The position numbers and the translations under genes were made by a program. Below the pieces are notes generated by a model. The model was not told the origin of the DNA, did no database searches, and saw nothing but the letters and a program-made list of their open reading frames with translations. Shown here piece after piece: positions 1 through 10,457 of a DNA stretch of 64,000 nucleotides (positions within the stretch are counted from its first letter, which is position 1; each line of letters begins with the position of its first letter). Source of the stretch: an uncultured delta proteobacterium (GTDB lineage: Bacteria; Desulfobacterota; BSN033; UBA1163); the NCBI GenBank assembly GCA_963827685.1, contig CAWHBU010000005.1, positions 32,001 to 96,000 of the forward strand. The letters run 5' to 3'.

Positions 1-2
1 AG

Positions 3-230
3 GATTCCGCTCCCCATTTCCTTCCGATGAAGATGAGTGGTGAGACACTCCGGGAGGGCTGGAAAAAGGCCTGGAAAGAGTTCTATTCTTTCCCTTCTAT
101 TGGGAGACGATTCCACTGGGAATATTCACCGACCTTGATCAACCGAATCGGCTATTTCCCTTTTCAACTGATGCAGCACCGGTTCACAAAGAAAAAGATT
201 CTTGAGGGCAGGCGAAGATATCGTGGATGA
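3..230 (+). CDS. C-terminal end of a probable radical SAM (B12-binding type) protein, truncated by the window edge
   Basis: Frame is open from the window edge; 'PMKMSGETLREGWKKAWKEFYSFPSIGRR' resembles the C-terminal region of B12-binding radical SAM proteins. Confidence 0.5.
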   Translation, partial: DSAPHFLPMKMSGETLREGWKKAWKEFYSFPSIGRRFHWEYSPTLINRIGYFPFQLMQHRFTKKKILEGRRRYRG

Positions 231-344
231 AGTAATGTCAAATGTCAAAGTTCAAAGTTCAAATGAAATCAAAAACCCAAAGTGCAAAACATGGGGTCCA
301 TGATTTGCGCATCATTTGTTTACTTGGGCTTTGGCGAGATCGGT

Positions 345-2567
345 TCATTCTGAAGCGCGATAGCCACATTCTTTCTTAGGACATCGCTTGGTGAGTCCGC
401 CCTTCCCATGCTTCTCAACCAGGAAAGGGAAACCGCACTGGGGACATTTCTCTGGAATGGGTTTATCCCATAATGCATAAGTACAATTGGGGTAATTGGT
501 ACAGCTGTAAAATGTTCTCCCCTTACGGGTCTTTCTTTCAACAATCGCCCCATCACATCCTTCCTGAGGACACCGAACGCCCGTATCCAGAGATCGGGTG
601 AATTTACAGGTAGGGTAATTGGAGCAGGCCAGAAACCTCCCAAACTTTCCATTCTTGATGACCATTGGGCTTCCACATTTTTCACACTTCGCGTCGGTTT
701 CCACTTGACTCTCTCCGTTTCCTTCCACTTCTCTCGTATAGCTACATTTGGGATAACTTGAGCAGGCCAAGAAATAACCTCTCTTCCCCCATCGTTTCAC
801 CATCTTTGAACCACATCGTTCGCAAACGGCATCCGTGGGAATCAGTTCTCGCTTCACATCCCGCATGGAGATCTTGGCCATTTTCAGATCCTTCTCGAAA
901 GGGACGTAGAACTCTTTCAATGTGTCCACCCAATCCTTTTGGCCCTCTTCAATCTTATCTAAATTCTCTTCCATTTGTGCGGTGAATTCGATATCAAAAA
1001 TATCGGGGAAATTGACGACCAGGAGGTCATTCACCAGACACCCCAATTCGGTGGGGAAGAACTTCCCTTTTTCTAAACGAACATACTCCTTTTCTTTGAT
1101 TGTAGCCAAAATGGTTGCATACGTAGAGGGTCTTCCAATTCCCTTCTCTTCCAATTCTTTGATCAGCGTCGCCTCAGAAAATCGGTAAGGGGGTTGGGTA
1201 AAATGCTGTTTGGGTGTGAGAGCTAATAGCTCCAGAACTTCCCCTTCCGAGAGCGATGGAAGTTTCTTTTCTCCATTGCCGTTCTCTTGGTTATCCTCTC
1301 CTTCCATATAGAGGGCCATGAAACCCTGGAAAACAGGAACCGTACCCACGGCTGTAAACATGGCCTCATCCGCTTTGATCTCAACGGTGGTTTGGAGAAA
1401 TTGTGCGGAAGGCATCTGAGAGGCAACGAACCGGTCCCAAATCAATTTATAAAGGGCCCATTGATCTTTATCCAAATAAGCCTTCACCTTATCCGGTTCC
1501 AAATCAATTGAAGTGGGCCGGATCGCCTCATGGGCCTCTTGGGCTCCTCTGCGGCTTTTATAGACATTGGGTTTAGGAGGAAGATAAGAATCCCCAAAGC
1601 GGTCTTTGATCCATCCCCTGACTTGTTGAATGGCCTCCGTAGCCACCCTGACCGAATCGGTCCTCATATAGGTAATCATTCCAACTATCCCGAGCTGACC
1701 GAGGTCTATTCCTTCGTATAACTTCTGGGCAATCCACATGGTCTTTTTGGCAGGGAAGGAAAGCTTTCGATAGGCTTCTTGTTGAAGTCGGCTGGTAATA
1801 AACGGAGGAAAAGGATGCCGTTGTTTTTCTTGCTGGACAATCTTTGAAACAGAATAAGGGACGCTTCCCAGGGCTTTCTGAATGGCCAAGGCTTCCGCCT
1901 CGTTGGCTATTTTTACCTTCCTCCCTTTCCATTTCGTCAATTTCGCATCGAAGGAGACCGGGGAGTCTTTTCCCTTTAGGTTCGCCGTCAGGCTCCAATA
2001 TTCCTCAGAGACGAAATCTTGAATCTCTCTTTCTCTCTCACACACGATTCGAACGGCAACGGATTGAACCCGACCCGCACTCAGACCTCGACGGACCTTC
2101 TCCCAAAGAATGGGGCTGACCTGATAGCCGACCAGCCGATCCAGAATCCGCCTTGCCTGCTGGGCTTCATATTTGGATTGCTGTAACTTCCCAGGGTGAC
2201 GGATGGCATCCAGGACCGCCTTTTGGGTGATTTCATTGAAAAGAACCCGGTAAATATTTTTATTCCCGTTTCCAATCTCCTCCGCAATGTGCCAGGCGAT
2301 CGCTTCCCCTTCGCGATCCGGATCTGGCCCGAGGTAGATATTCTTCACCTCTTTGCTGGCCTTCTTCAATTCCCGAATGATCTTCGCTTTCCCGGAGATG
2401 GTAACATATTCGGGTCGAAAATCTTTTTCAAGATCCACTCCCAGCTCACCCTCTGGAAGGTCTTTAATATGTCCCACGGAGGCCTTGATGACATAATCCC
2501 CCCCTAAAAATTTTTGAATGGTTTTTACCTTCGCGGGGGATTCTACAACAATCAAACCTTTTGACAT
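345..2567 (-). CDS. topA: Type I DNA topoisomerase
   Basis: TOPRIM LIVVESPAK, DPDREGEAI, SAGRVQS, catalytic ITYMRTDS and C-terminal zinc ribbons; start taken at MSKGL. Confidence 0.98.
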   Translation of the reverse strand: MSKGLIVVESPAKVKTIQKFLGGDYVIKASVGHIKDLPEGELGVDLEKDFRPEYVTISGKAKIIRELKKASKEVKNIYLGPDPDREGEAIAWHIAEEIGNGNKNIYRVLFNEITQKAVLDAIRHPGKLQQSKYEAQQARRILDRLVGYQVSPILWEKVRRGLSAGRVQSVAVRIVCEREREIQDFVSEEYWSLTANLKGKDSPVSFDAKLTKWKGRKVKIANEAEALAIQKALGSVPYSVSKIVQQEKQRHPFPPFITSRLQQEAYRKLSFPAKKTMWIAQKLYEGIDLGQLGIVGMITYMRTDSVRVATEAIQQVRGWIKDRFGDSYLPPKPNVYKSRRGAQEAHEAIRPTSIDLEPDKVKAYLDKDQWALYKLIWDRFVASQMPSAQFLQTTVEIKADEAMFTAVGTVPVFQGFMALYMEGEDNQENGNGEKKLPSLSEGEVLELLALTPKQHFTQPPYRFSEATLIKELEEKGIGRPSTYATILATIKEKEYVRLEKGKFFPTELGCLVNDLLVVNFPDIFDIEFTAQMEENLDKIEEGQKDWVDTLKEFYVPFEKDLKMAKISMRDVKRELIPTDAVCERCGSKMVKRWGKRGYFLACSSYPKCSYTREVEGNGESQVETDAKCEKCGSPMVIKNGKFGRFLACSNYPTCKFTRSLDTGVRCPQEGCDGAIVERKTRKGRTFYSCTNYPNCTYALWDKPIPEKCPQCGFPFLVEKHGKGGLTKRCPKKECGYRASE

Positions 2568-2671
2568 TCTCTTCTGCTCCAAAGATTCAAAATAAAGTGT
2601 TAGTGATCTGTGTCAGTGTTAATACAAAAAACTTATTTTAAAACAATTACTGTTACTATTCACTACAACCA

Positions 2672-3772
2672 TCACATTTTCTTAGTGAAACATTTGCCTG
2701 GCCACTGTGAGATCAACCCTTTTAATTCCAAATTCAGAAGGAGACTGGAGACTTTTCCCGGATCCCATTGGCTCTCCCGTATGACGGCATCGATATGCAG
2801 TGGCGTCTCCCCTAAAAGTCCATAGAGAATCTTTTCCTCCTCCGTAAGACCGGGAACCGGACTCTCTGCTTTTTGAACCGTCTCCCCTTCCCTTCTCCAT
2901 TGGGGCAATATTTCTTCAAGAATGTCTTCACTGGACTCCACCAATTTTGCACCTTCTTTGATCAACCGATTCGTGCCACGACTGCCCTCGGCTCCGACAT
3001 TCCCTGGTACGGCAAAGACTTCTCTCCCTTGCTCTAACGCAAAGTTAGCGGTGATAAGCGAGCCACTATCTGCACTTGCCTGGACGATGACCACTCCAAT
3101 GGAAAGACCGCTGATGATCCGATTTCTTCTCGGGAAGTGTCCTCCCTCGGGAGGCGACGCCATCGGAAATTCGGAAAGGATAGCCCCCTGTTCGATGATT
3201 TGATAAAAGAGATTCCGATTTTCAGAAGGATAGATCACATCCACGCCGCAACCGAGCACTGCAATCGTTCTCCCTTCTCCCTGGAGCGCCCCCTTGTGGG
3301 CCACGGAATCGATGCCCCTCGCCATTCCGCTGACAACAGTGATCCCGTGGCGGGCAAGATCCTCGCCTATCTTTTCTGTGATCCACCTCCCATAGGGAGA
3401 GGTTTTTCGACTCCCGACAATGGCAATGGCCAACTCATCCTCTCTTCTCAATTGTCCCCTGAGATAAAGCAGTGCAGGAGGGTCGTAAATATCCTTCAAA
3501 CGCCTCGGATAATCATCGTTCTTTAAAGTAACAATCTTTCCTCCCACCTCTTCCAATAAAGACAACTCCCTTTTCACCACTTTTTCCAGTGGGCCTTTTT
3601 TGATTTCACCCGCCACCTTTTTCCCCAACCCCTCAATTTTCAGTAACTCTTTCAGTGAAGCGCGGAAGACGGCTTCCGGAGTCTTGAATCGGTCTAAGAG
3701 CCGTTTGATGAGAATACTCCCAACGCCAGGGGTGAGGCTTAAGGCCAACCAACAAAAAATATCTTCGGTCAT
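2672..3772 (-). CDS. dprA: DNA-processing protein DprA
   Basis: AIVGSR, VVSGMARGID, FPRRNRIISGLS and C-terminal winged helix; adjacent to topA; likely start MTEDIF at 3772 rather than 3976. Confidence 0.96.
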   Translation of the reverse strand: MTEDIFCWLALSLTPGVGSILIKRLLDRFKTPEAVFRASLKELLKIEGLGKKVAGEIKKGPLEKVVKRELSLLEEVGGKIVTLKNDDYPRRLKDIYDPPALLYLRGQLRREDELAIAIVGSRKTSPYGRWITEKIGEDLARHGITVVSGMARGIDSVAHKGALQGEGRTIAVLGCGVDVIYPSENRNLFYQIIEQGAILSEFPMASPPEGGHFPRRNRIISGLSIGVVIVQASADSGSLITANFALEQGREVFAVPGNVGAEGSRGTNRLIKEGAKLVESSEDILEEILPQWRREGETVQKAESPVPGLTEEEKILYGLLGETPLHIDAVIRESQWDPGKVSSLLLNLELKGLISQWPGKCFTKKM

Positions 3773-4167
3773 AAAGATCCTCAGGTGAGAGCGTACTCTA
3801 TCGACTGAAGCTGGGCCAGGTGATGGAGCCACACGGACAAGTCCGTGATACCTCCGTGATGAAATTCCCGCCTGCGCCAACCTGCCCGCCGAACAAGCCA
3901 GTCTGCGGAAAGCAGGTTCTTTCGCAGGCGGGGTTTTCGGCGGGTTATCCGCCGGTAGGTGACATCCCCGTAGCACTTAGGCTCGCATTCATGCACGGGT
4001 AAACCCATCGCCTTCTATAAACGCGGATAAAAAAGGGCTCGGGAGACAAAAGAAGATCTCCAAAGCCCAGATAAATATCCCGATCACCAAACCCCAAATA
4101 GGTGCCAATGATTTGATGATGGGTGTTTGGAGTTTAGTTGTTACGATAACGATTCAGTGCGTTGATG

Positions 4168-5046
4168 TTATTTTCCTGCTACACCCTCCATTTTTTCTTT
4201 GGAATAAGGTTGGACAAAATCCCCTACCATAATGGCATCGAAGGATTCAATGACCTTTGCTGTAAAGAAACTGCCATATTGGTCAATGAGTTGAATATTT
4301 CCTATGATGTTAAACTTTCTTCCAATCCTCTTTTCAGTAATGGGATGTCTTATCTCCTCCGCAGCACGAAAGACCGTATATTTGTTTCCGATCAGAATAG
4401 GTTCTGAGGTTTTGAAGGTTATATAAAGGATATCGCCTGCCGCCATGAGGTTTTTACCTTCCTTACTCTCCAAAACGATCCCGATTCCGCGATACTCGAT
4501 ATCGCTCATAAACCCTGCGGATCGAATTTCACGAAAGTAAACACGTTTTTCCTCAACCGGGACGGGCTTCTCTTCCTCCAGAATAGGTTCTTCCTCCTCC
4601 GGGGTAGGTTTCACCGCCTCTGGGATAGGTTTCACCTCCCCAACTGTCTCTGGTTTCTTCTCTGTTGGAGTTGGCTCTACCTTTTTGGCCTCTGGCTCTT
4701 TCACCGCCTCTTTGGGCTTTTCTTCGACCGCTTTAGGCTTCTCCTCGACCACCTTCTTAGGTTCCTCTTTAGGTTCCTCTTTCTTCGCCGGCTCAATGGC
4801 AGTCAGTCGGACGGGGTTTCCTGGATAGATCCAGTGGGGGTCGGTAATATAAGGATTTCTCTCCCACAATTTTGGCCAAAGAAAAGGATCTTTCAAAAAT
4901 CTGGAGGAGATATCCCACAGCGTATCTCCCTTTTTGATGGTATAAACGCCTTCCGTTTCTTTTGTTTCCTGTGTCAAACCTGGAAGAACAAAACAGAAGG
5001 AGAGCATCAAAATCATGGCAAAAAAGAAACCTACTATTCTTTTCAT
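4168..5046 (-). CDS. Secreted LysM peptidoglycan-binding protein
   Basis: Signal peptide, Lys[14 protein letters not shown]...[13 protein letters not shown], Pro/Glu/Lys linker; usual dprA neighbour. Confidence 0.92.
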   Translation of the reverse strand: MKRIVGFFFAMILMLSFCFVLPGLTQETKETEGVYTIKKGDTLWDISSRFLKDPFLWPKLWERNPYITDPHWIYPGNPVRLTAIEPAKKEEPKEEPKKVVEEKPKAVEEKPKEAVKEPEAKKVEPTPTEKKPETVGEVKPIPEAVKPTPEEEEPILEEEKPVPVEEKRVYFREIRSAGFMSDIEYRGIGIVLESKEGKNLMAAGDILYITFKTSEPILIGNKYTVFRAAEEIRHPITEKRIGRKFNIIGNIQLIDQYGSFFTAKVIESFDAIMVGDFVQPYSKEKMEGVAGK

Positions 5047-5149
5047 AATTACCTCCTCCTCTTCAAAAACTGTATTGTGAGCTTTATAAAAACAAAACTT
5101 ATTTAAAAATTAGCCCCTTATCATTATTTTGTCAAGAAGATTATATAAA

Positions 5150-5164
5150 GCAATATCCATACCA
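5150..5164 (-). promoter_or_regulatory. Candidate sigma54 -24/-12 promoter for the LysM gene
   Basis: Minus strand TGGTAT-GGATA-TTGC about 105 bp upstream of the start. Confidence 0.5.
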
Positions 5165-5435
5165 AACCTCACTCTATCCTTTTTAATTAGCTAAAAATAT
5201 TGGAATTTCTTGGAAATGAGAAAAGGAATCTACTTGTCCTGCCCACGGGGGGTGGATGGTTTTTGTTCAAATCTTTCATATTTTTGAACAAATTTTAACC
5301 TTTTGAAACAGTAGAGGGCCGTAAATGTGATCCCAAATCCGTTCCACCCGGCCCGAAAAGCATTAAGAAACTATTGGGGTAGACAAGAATAGGCAACTCA
5401 ATTGACAGACGAACTCATTCCATGATAATTAAACT

Positions 5436-5613
5436 CAGCCGTTCGACTCCCCAGCCTAATGGCTTGGGCTCGCTCATGGTTGACCCTGCACTTTGATAGA
5501 TTCAGTGTTCAGAGCCCTTCGGCCTCGATCTCAGGGCCGAGAGGCCTGCCGAAGGAAGCAACGCTATTCTACTCGGCCTTCAAAGACAGGGCTTGAGACC
5601 GTCGAACGGGTCA
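5436..5613. repeat. REP/MITE-like nested palindromic intergenic element
   Basis: CCGTTCGAC...GTCGAACGG outer inverted repeat with inner hairpins such as CCTTCGGC...GCCGAAGG. Confidence 0.45.
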
Positions 5614-5641
5614 ATCTGTTTTCTATCTCGATGTCCAGTCT

Positions 5642-6373
5642 ATGAACCTTCTCCCTTCAACGAATGAAACATTAGATACGTTCTTCAATGGAAAACTCCA
5701 AATCATTCAAAAGAAAAGGGGGTACCGATTCTCCGTCGATGCCATCCTCCTCAGTCAATTCGTCAGAATTCAAAAAAATGAAAGAGTGATCGATTTGGGA
5801 ACAGGCTGTGGAATTTTACCCCTGCTATTATCATATACTACAAAAGCTCACTCCTTTGTCGGCGTCGAAATACAAAAGGGATTGGCCGACTGTGCAAAAG
5901 GAAATGTCGTCTTGAATCATCTCGAAGACCGGATATCCATTCTTAAGCAGGATTTTAGAGAGTTGAGAGGGACCTTCCCAACGGGTTCTTTCGATGTCGC
6001 CCTCTCTAACCCACCCTATCGAAAATATCGGACTGGCAGGATCAACCCCTCGATGGAGAAGGCGATCGCACGCCATGAGATCAAAGGAACGCTTGAAGAC
6101 CTGATCTCTATGACCTCCTACCTGCTCACCCCCAAGGGAAGATTCACCATGATTTTTCCAGCCTCAAGAACCGTCGATCTATTTGTTGCCTTGAGAGACG
6201 AAAGGTTGGAGCCAAAGCGACTGCAGTTCGTTCATCCTCGCACGGGGAATGAAGCAAAATTCATCCTCATCGAATCCATCAAAACCAGCGGTGCGGAATT
6301 GAAGATCATGGACCCCTTGATACTTCATGAATCTCACAAAGGGAGCAGCCTTAGCCCTTCATTAAGAAGATAA
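5642..6373 (+). CDS. tRNA1(Val) (adenine37-N6)-methyltransferase family protein
   Basis: GYRFSVDAILL, DLGTGCG SAM motif, SNPPY, IARHE. Confidence 0.92.
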   Translation: MNLLPSTNETLDTFFNGKLQIIQKKRGYRFSVDAILLSQFVRIQKNERVIDLGTGCGILPLLLSYTTKAHSFVGVEIQKGLADCAKGNVVLNHLEDRISILKQDFRELRGTFPTGSFDVALSNPPYRKYRTGRINPSMEKAIARHEIKGTLEDLISMTSYLLTPKGRFTMIFPASRTVDLFVALRDERLEPKRLQFVHPRTGNEAKFILIESIKTSGAELKIMDPLILHESHKGSSLSPSLRR

Positions 6374-6417
6374 AAAGTTTTGACAATATCCCCTGAATAG
6401 GATAATAATTTTGTCAT

Positions 6418-7437
6418 ATGGATCATGTAAATAGTGCGCCTTGCCTCATAAAAGAAAAGGCATCCCCTCTGGAGACCGTCCTCGAATGCATTGGGGATGA
6501 TCTAGAAAAAGTGGATCGAGAGTTTCGGAAGAACTTGAGATCCAATGTCCCCATGATCTCTGCAATTGGAGAATATCTCTTGCTCAGCGGTGGGAAGCGG
6601 CTCAGAGCTAAACTCCTCTTACTTTCATCCAAATTGTGTGGCTATCGCGGAGATTTTCACATTTCCATGGCCAGCCTTATCGAATTTATCCATACCGCCA
6701 CCTTGCTCCATGACGATGTGGTAGATAGGGCTCAGTTACGACGGGGCATCGACTCCGCCAATGCCAAATGGGGAAATGAGGCGTGTGTTCTCGTCGGAGA
6801 CTTTCTCTTTACGAAATGTTTTTCTCTTTTAGTGCAAAGTGGGAACTGGAAAATCCTCGAAACCGTTTCCAAAGCAACGACCATCATGGCCGAAGGAGAG
6901 TTAGAGGAATTGATCAAAACCAACGACCTCTCTCTGACGGAGGACGACTACCTTTCGATCATCACTCGCAAGACTGCATCTCTTATTTCAGCCGCTACAC
7001 AGATTGGCGCCATTCTTGGACATGTATCAGAAGAAAAAGAAAAGGCATTGTCCGAGTTCGGGATGAATGTTGGTGTCGCCTTCCAACTCATTGATGATCA
7101 TCTCGATTACACTTCCAACGAAGAGGAATTTGGAAAGAAGATCGGGATTGACCTCCACGATGGTAAGATTACCCTCCCCCTGATCTCCATACTTCATCAT
7201 TGCAATCAGGAGGAGAAAGCTTTTATTCGAGAAACGGTCGTCTCCAATCCCATTACCAAAGACACCTTCTTCCGGGTGGTGGAGATCATCAAACGATATC
7301 ACGGGATCCAATACACCTGGGAAAAAGCCCGGGGATATGTCGAAAGGGCAAAGGATCATCTTCACCTCTTCCCAAATTCAAAAGAGAAAGAAGCCCTCTA
7401 TGCCTTGGCCGATTACGTACTGGAAAGGAAGTTGTGA
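6418..7437 (+). CDS. Polyprenyl (octaprenyl-type) diphosphate synthase
   Basis: GGKRLR, FARM LLHDDVVD..RRG, SARM FQLIDD. Confidence 0.95.
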   Translation: MDHVNSAPCLIKEKASPLETVLECIGDDLEKVDREFRKNLRSNVPMISAIGEYLLLSGGKRLRAKLLLLSSKLCGYRGDFHISMASLIEFIHTATLLHDDVVDRAQLRRGIDSANAKWGNEACVLVGDFLFTKCFSLLVQSGNWKILETVSKATTIMAEGELEELIKTNDLSLTEDDYLSIITRKTASLISAATQIGAILGHVSEEKEKALSEFGMNVGVAFQLIDDHLDYTSNEEEFGKKIGIDLHDGKITLPLISILHHCNQEEKAFIRETVVSNPITKDTFFRVVEIIKRYHGIQYTWEKARGYVERAKDHLHLFPNSKEKEALYALADYVLERKL

Positions 7438-7483
7438 AAGATTTTAGATTGCAGATTGCAGATTTTAAGGTTATAAGAAAGTA

Positions 7484-7580
7484 AACCCCGTCAGAAATTC
7501 CAGTGAGGTATTAGACCCCGCCGAAATTATTTAAAATGTAACTTTGCTGCAGAGAAGCGAGGCATTATTTCTAACGGGGT
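7484..7580. repeat. MITE-like element bounded by ACCCCGTYAGAAAT / ATTTCTAACGGGGT
   Basis: Terminal inverted repeats; related copy ACCCTGTTAGAT...ATCTAACAGGGT at 8691-8752 shares the internal ATGTAACT...GCA.GAGAA. Confidence 0.55.
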
Positions 7581-7611
7581 AAAATTAACACAGAAAGCAA
7601 GGGAGTGGAAA

Positions 7612-7944
7612 ATGGCAGATGAGTTGAGTTTGCTTCATATCAACGATAAGAATTTTGCTTCTGAGGTGCTCCATTCCGATCTTCCAGTACTGGTCGATTT
7701 TTGGGCAACCTGGTGCGGCCCATGTCGTAGCATCAGTCCGATCGTTGAGGAGTTAGCGAAAGAGTTTGTGGGCAAGGTGAAAGTGACTAAGCTCAATGTG
7801 GATGAGAATCCTTCCACACCCGGCCAATATGGGGTAAGGGGAATTCCCACACTGATTCTTTTCAAAGACGGAAAGATTCTCGATCAGATTGTCGGTGCAG
7901 TGCCGAAGGCCCGTTTAAAGGCTATGATTGAAAAGGCTTTATGA
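7612..7944 (+). CDS. trxA: Thioredoxin
   Basis: WCGPC active site, GIPTL, 110 aa. Confidence 0.96.
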   Translation: MADELSLLHINDKNFASEVLHSDLPVLVDFWATWCGPCRSISPIVEELAKEFVGKVKVTKLNVDENPSTPGQYGVRGIPTLILFKDGKILDQIVGAVPKARLKAMIEKAL

Positions 7945-7989
7945 ATTCAGTCTTCGCTTGCCAGCTCATAGCTAATATTCATTCTTAAT

Positions 7990-8511
7990 ATGAAACGGTC
8001 ATTCCTTATAGGGCTCGTGATCTTCAGCATCTGCGCCGGAGGGATACTTCTTCTTTCCCATTGTTCCAAGGAAAAAACACAGCCCCCCCTAGGTTTGCCA
8101 CCGGATTTCACCCTCAAGACCTTTGACGGGCAGGAGATCACTCTTTCCCAGCTCAAGGGGAAAGTGGTTCTCCTCGACTTCTGGGCTACTTGGTGCGGAC
8201 CCTGTAAGGAATCCATCCCCCATTTAATTCAACTCTATAAAAATTATCGAAAAAATGGATTCGAGTTGGTCGGAATGAACGTGGATAGAGGCGATGCAGA
8301 GGTTGTCCGCCGCTACATCAAGTCCATGGATATCCCCTACCCCGTCGTGACCGCCCCGGAAGAGGTGGTCAGGAGTTACCGAGTGACGGGTATCCCAGCC
8401 ACTTTTCTCATCGATAAGGAGGGTAAAATTCGAGAAAGATTGGCCGGGTTTAATACTACCATTGCTCAGCAGTTGACCACCAAGGTAGCAGACCTCACCT
8501 CCGAAAAATAG
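7990..8511 (+). CDS. TlpA-family thiol:disulfide oxidoreductase (probable lipoprotein)
   Basis: N-terminal hydrophobic segment ending LSHC, PDFTL, FWATWCGPC, GIPATFLID. Confidence 0.92.
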   Translation: MKRSFLIGLVIFSICAGGILLLSHCSKEKTQPPLGLPPDFTLKTFDGQEITLSQLKGKVVLLDFWATWCGPCKESIPHLIQLYKNYRKNGFELVGMNVDRGDAEVVRRYIKSMDIPYPVVTAPEEVVRSYRVTGIPATFLIDKEGKIRERLAGFNTTIAQQLTTKVADLTSEK

Positions 8512-8584
8512 AACTTCAAAATCCCCTCCCTACAGACGGCATACAAAATTTGAAACGAATTTCTCATGATGGGTTATCACTCGC

Positions 8585-8780
8585 GAACCACAAAACAATA
8601 ACAAATCCCCTCCCCCTTGATGGGGGAGGGCACGCCTGCCTGCCGGTAGACAGGGGCGGGGGTGGACACGATCGATTACCCCCCACCTTCACCCTGTTAG
8701 ATAAGGCTTTTTTATGTAACTCTGCAAGAGAACACTGCGTATCTAACAGGGTGAATCCTCCCCCGCAAGGGGGGAGGAAA
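8585..8780. repeat. Cluster of nested GC-rich palindromic (REP-like) repeats between convergent genes
   Basis: CCCTCCCCCTTGATGGGGGAGGG, CCTGCCTGCCGGTAGACAGG, TCCTCCCCCGCAAGGGGGGAGGA; similar palindromes at 12704-12751, 21325-21364, 47438-47474 and 62512-62557. Confidence 0.6.
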
Positions 8781-8865
8781 TTGATATTGCTTTCTACGTT
8801 ATCCGATATATTTTTTAGGAATTGGGATTTGTTTTGAAGTTTGAAGTTTGAAGTTTGGATTTGGA

Positions 8866-9465
8866 TTATTTCTTCTTCGACTCTTCCATGAAACGGAGGT
8901 ATTCTTCAATCACCTTTTGGGAATCCAACCCAAGAGATTGGGCATAACTTTTTAGAAAACCCTTGAGATAAACTAAGGCTGGAAGTTTTTCAAAGGCCTC
9001 CTCCTCAATCCACTCCAAGATTCTTATGTTAATCTTCATCTCCTTAGAGATAGCCTGAAGTTCAACCCCCATTCCCTCTCGAGCTTGCTTCAGTGTCTTC
9101 CCACGATAAAGCCCCTCTTCTACGTTGAACGAAAGGCCTGTAAAAGAAAGGAGGGGCTCTTTTTCTCTGGAAACCCCTCGGGCTTCAGATGGCTTCTCTG
9201 GTGGTTGTTCCTCAACCATTTGAAAATGGGACTGATTGTAACTTCTCCGCGATGCCTCATCCATCAGAACCCGATAGGCCTCTTCCACAGCCTCATCTAT
9301 CTCTTTCACCTCCTCTTCGGAAAAGAGAGAATAGACAGCTACTGAATCGGCATGAAAGGTCTCTTTGGCATGTTCATACGCCCTCTGGATTTCTTTGGCC
9401 GTAGCAGTTGGGCTGATTTCCAAGATCTCATAATAAGTCTGGTCTTTAATGCCCTTGATGCTCAT
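8866..9465 (-). CDS. DnaJ-like domain plus RodZ-type HTH (HTH_25) protein
   Basis: YYEILEISPTAT..EIQRAY J-like domain with HAD in place of HPD; C-terminal LPALVYLKGFLKSYAQSLGLD. Confidence 0.8.
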   Translation of the reverse strand: MSIKGIKDQTYYEILEISPTATAKEIQRAYEHAKETFHADSVAVYSLFSEEEVKEIDEAVEEAYRVLMDEASRRSYNQSHFQMVEEQPPEKPSEARGVSREKEPLLSFTGLSFNVEEGLYRGKTLKQAREGMGVELQAISKEMKINIRILEWIEEEAFEKLPALVYLKGFLKSYAQSLGLDSQKVIEEYLRFMEESKKK

Positions 9466-9470
9466 GCCCC

Positions 9471-10457
9471 TTAATGTCGAATTCCCATTGGATGGCTATT
9501 GGCTAATTTGGAGGCGATCTCCATGACGCATTGGGCAGCCCTGGACCTGGAGTTCTCCAAAACCAGAGGCCTCCTTCGCCTAATGGAATGACTCACCTCT
9601 TGATCGTAGACGACATAGCCCAAATAGTGGAGGTGGATGCCAAAATATTTCAGGCAGGCGCTTCGAATCGAAAAACCAATCTCAATATCCTTCTTTGACC
9701 GGACTTGGTTCAGAATCAGATTCGGGTGGAAGGCATCCGCTTCCTCGATAATCCTTTGGGCATCCCCCTCGTCAATACGCCTCACCGCTTTGATGAAGTC
9801 AAGAGGGTTTTGAATTCCCATCTCATTCTTTCGATCCATGGCGTCATCGATCAGGGCCTTCACAGACGAAGAAAAAACCGAATGCTTAAGCCTCCGATAG
9901 AAAGCGCTCTTGAGAAATCGATAAGTATTTTCAATGGAAGTGGGCTCAGGGGTAACCACCAGAATCCCTCCATCAGACATCAAGAAGAAATCCAAAACGC
10001 TCAGCGAGTTGCCCGCTCCTAAATCCACCAGAATGGTATCGCTATCCAGACTTTGAATGGAACGAATCAGTTTCTGCTTCTGAACGCTCTTGGCATCGAC
10101 GGCATTCAGGAGGTCCTGTGCGCCGGTCAAGAGTTGAAGGTTGGGAATGGCTGTTGGGATGAGAACCTCGCGAAGATGGGAAACCCTCTTTTTAATGAAG
10201 TCAGAAAGAGAGAGGGCGGGAGGGGAAATCCCAAGAAACGTGTGGAGGTTTGCTCCTCCCAAATCAGCATCGACGAGCATCACCCGGATACCCAGTTTGG
10301 AAAGACAGATACCCATGTTGGCGGCGATAAAACTCTTCCCGCTTCCTCCTTTGCCACCTCCGATGGTCCAGATCACTTTCCGATGGTCAGTCTCTTCCTG
10401 CCCCATTTTATAAAATCGTGACTCGTGTCCGTGAAAAGAATTATTTCCAGACTCCAT
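9471..10457 (-). CDS. MinD/FlhG-like P-loop ATPase
   Basis: GGGKGGSGKS deviant Walker A, VDADLGGANLH, VDLGAG, TPEPTSIEN; start uncertain. Confidence 0.88.
   Translation of the reverse strand: MESGNNSFHGHESRFYKMGQEETDHRKVIWTIGGGKGGSGKSFIAANMGICLSKLGIRVMLVDADLGGANLHTFLGISPPALSLSDFIKKRVSHLREVLIPTAIPNLQLLTGAQDLLNAVDAKSVQKQKLIRSIQSLDSDTILVDLGAGNSLSVLDFFLMSDGGILVVTPEPTSIENTYRFLKSAFYRRLKHSVFSSSVKALIDDAMDRKNEMGIQNPLDFIKAVRRIDEGDAQRIIEEADAFHPNLILNQVRSKKDIEIGFSIRSACLKYFGIHLHYLGYVVYDQEVSHSIRRRRPLVLENSRSRAAQCVMEIASKLANSHPMGIRH

Noticed and set aside
3773-3976. 68-aa N-terminal extension of DprA in the ORF track
   Set aside because: It runs through GC-rich hairpins; DprA-like sequence begins at MTEDIFCWLAL.
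8550-8837. 95-aa plus-strand ORF
   Set aside because: Composed of REP/MITE palindromes; likely spurious.
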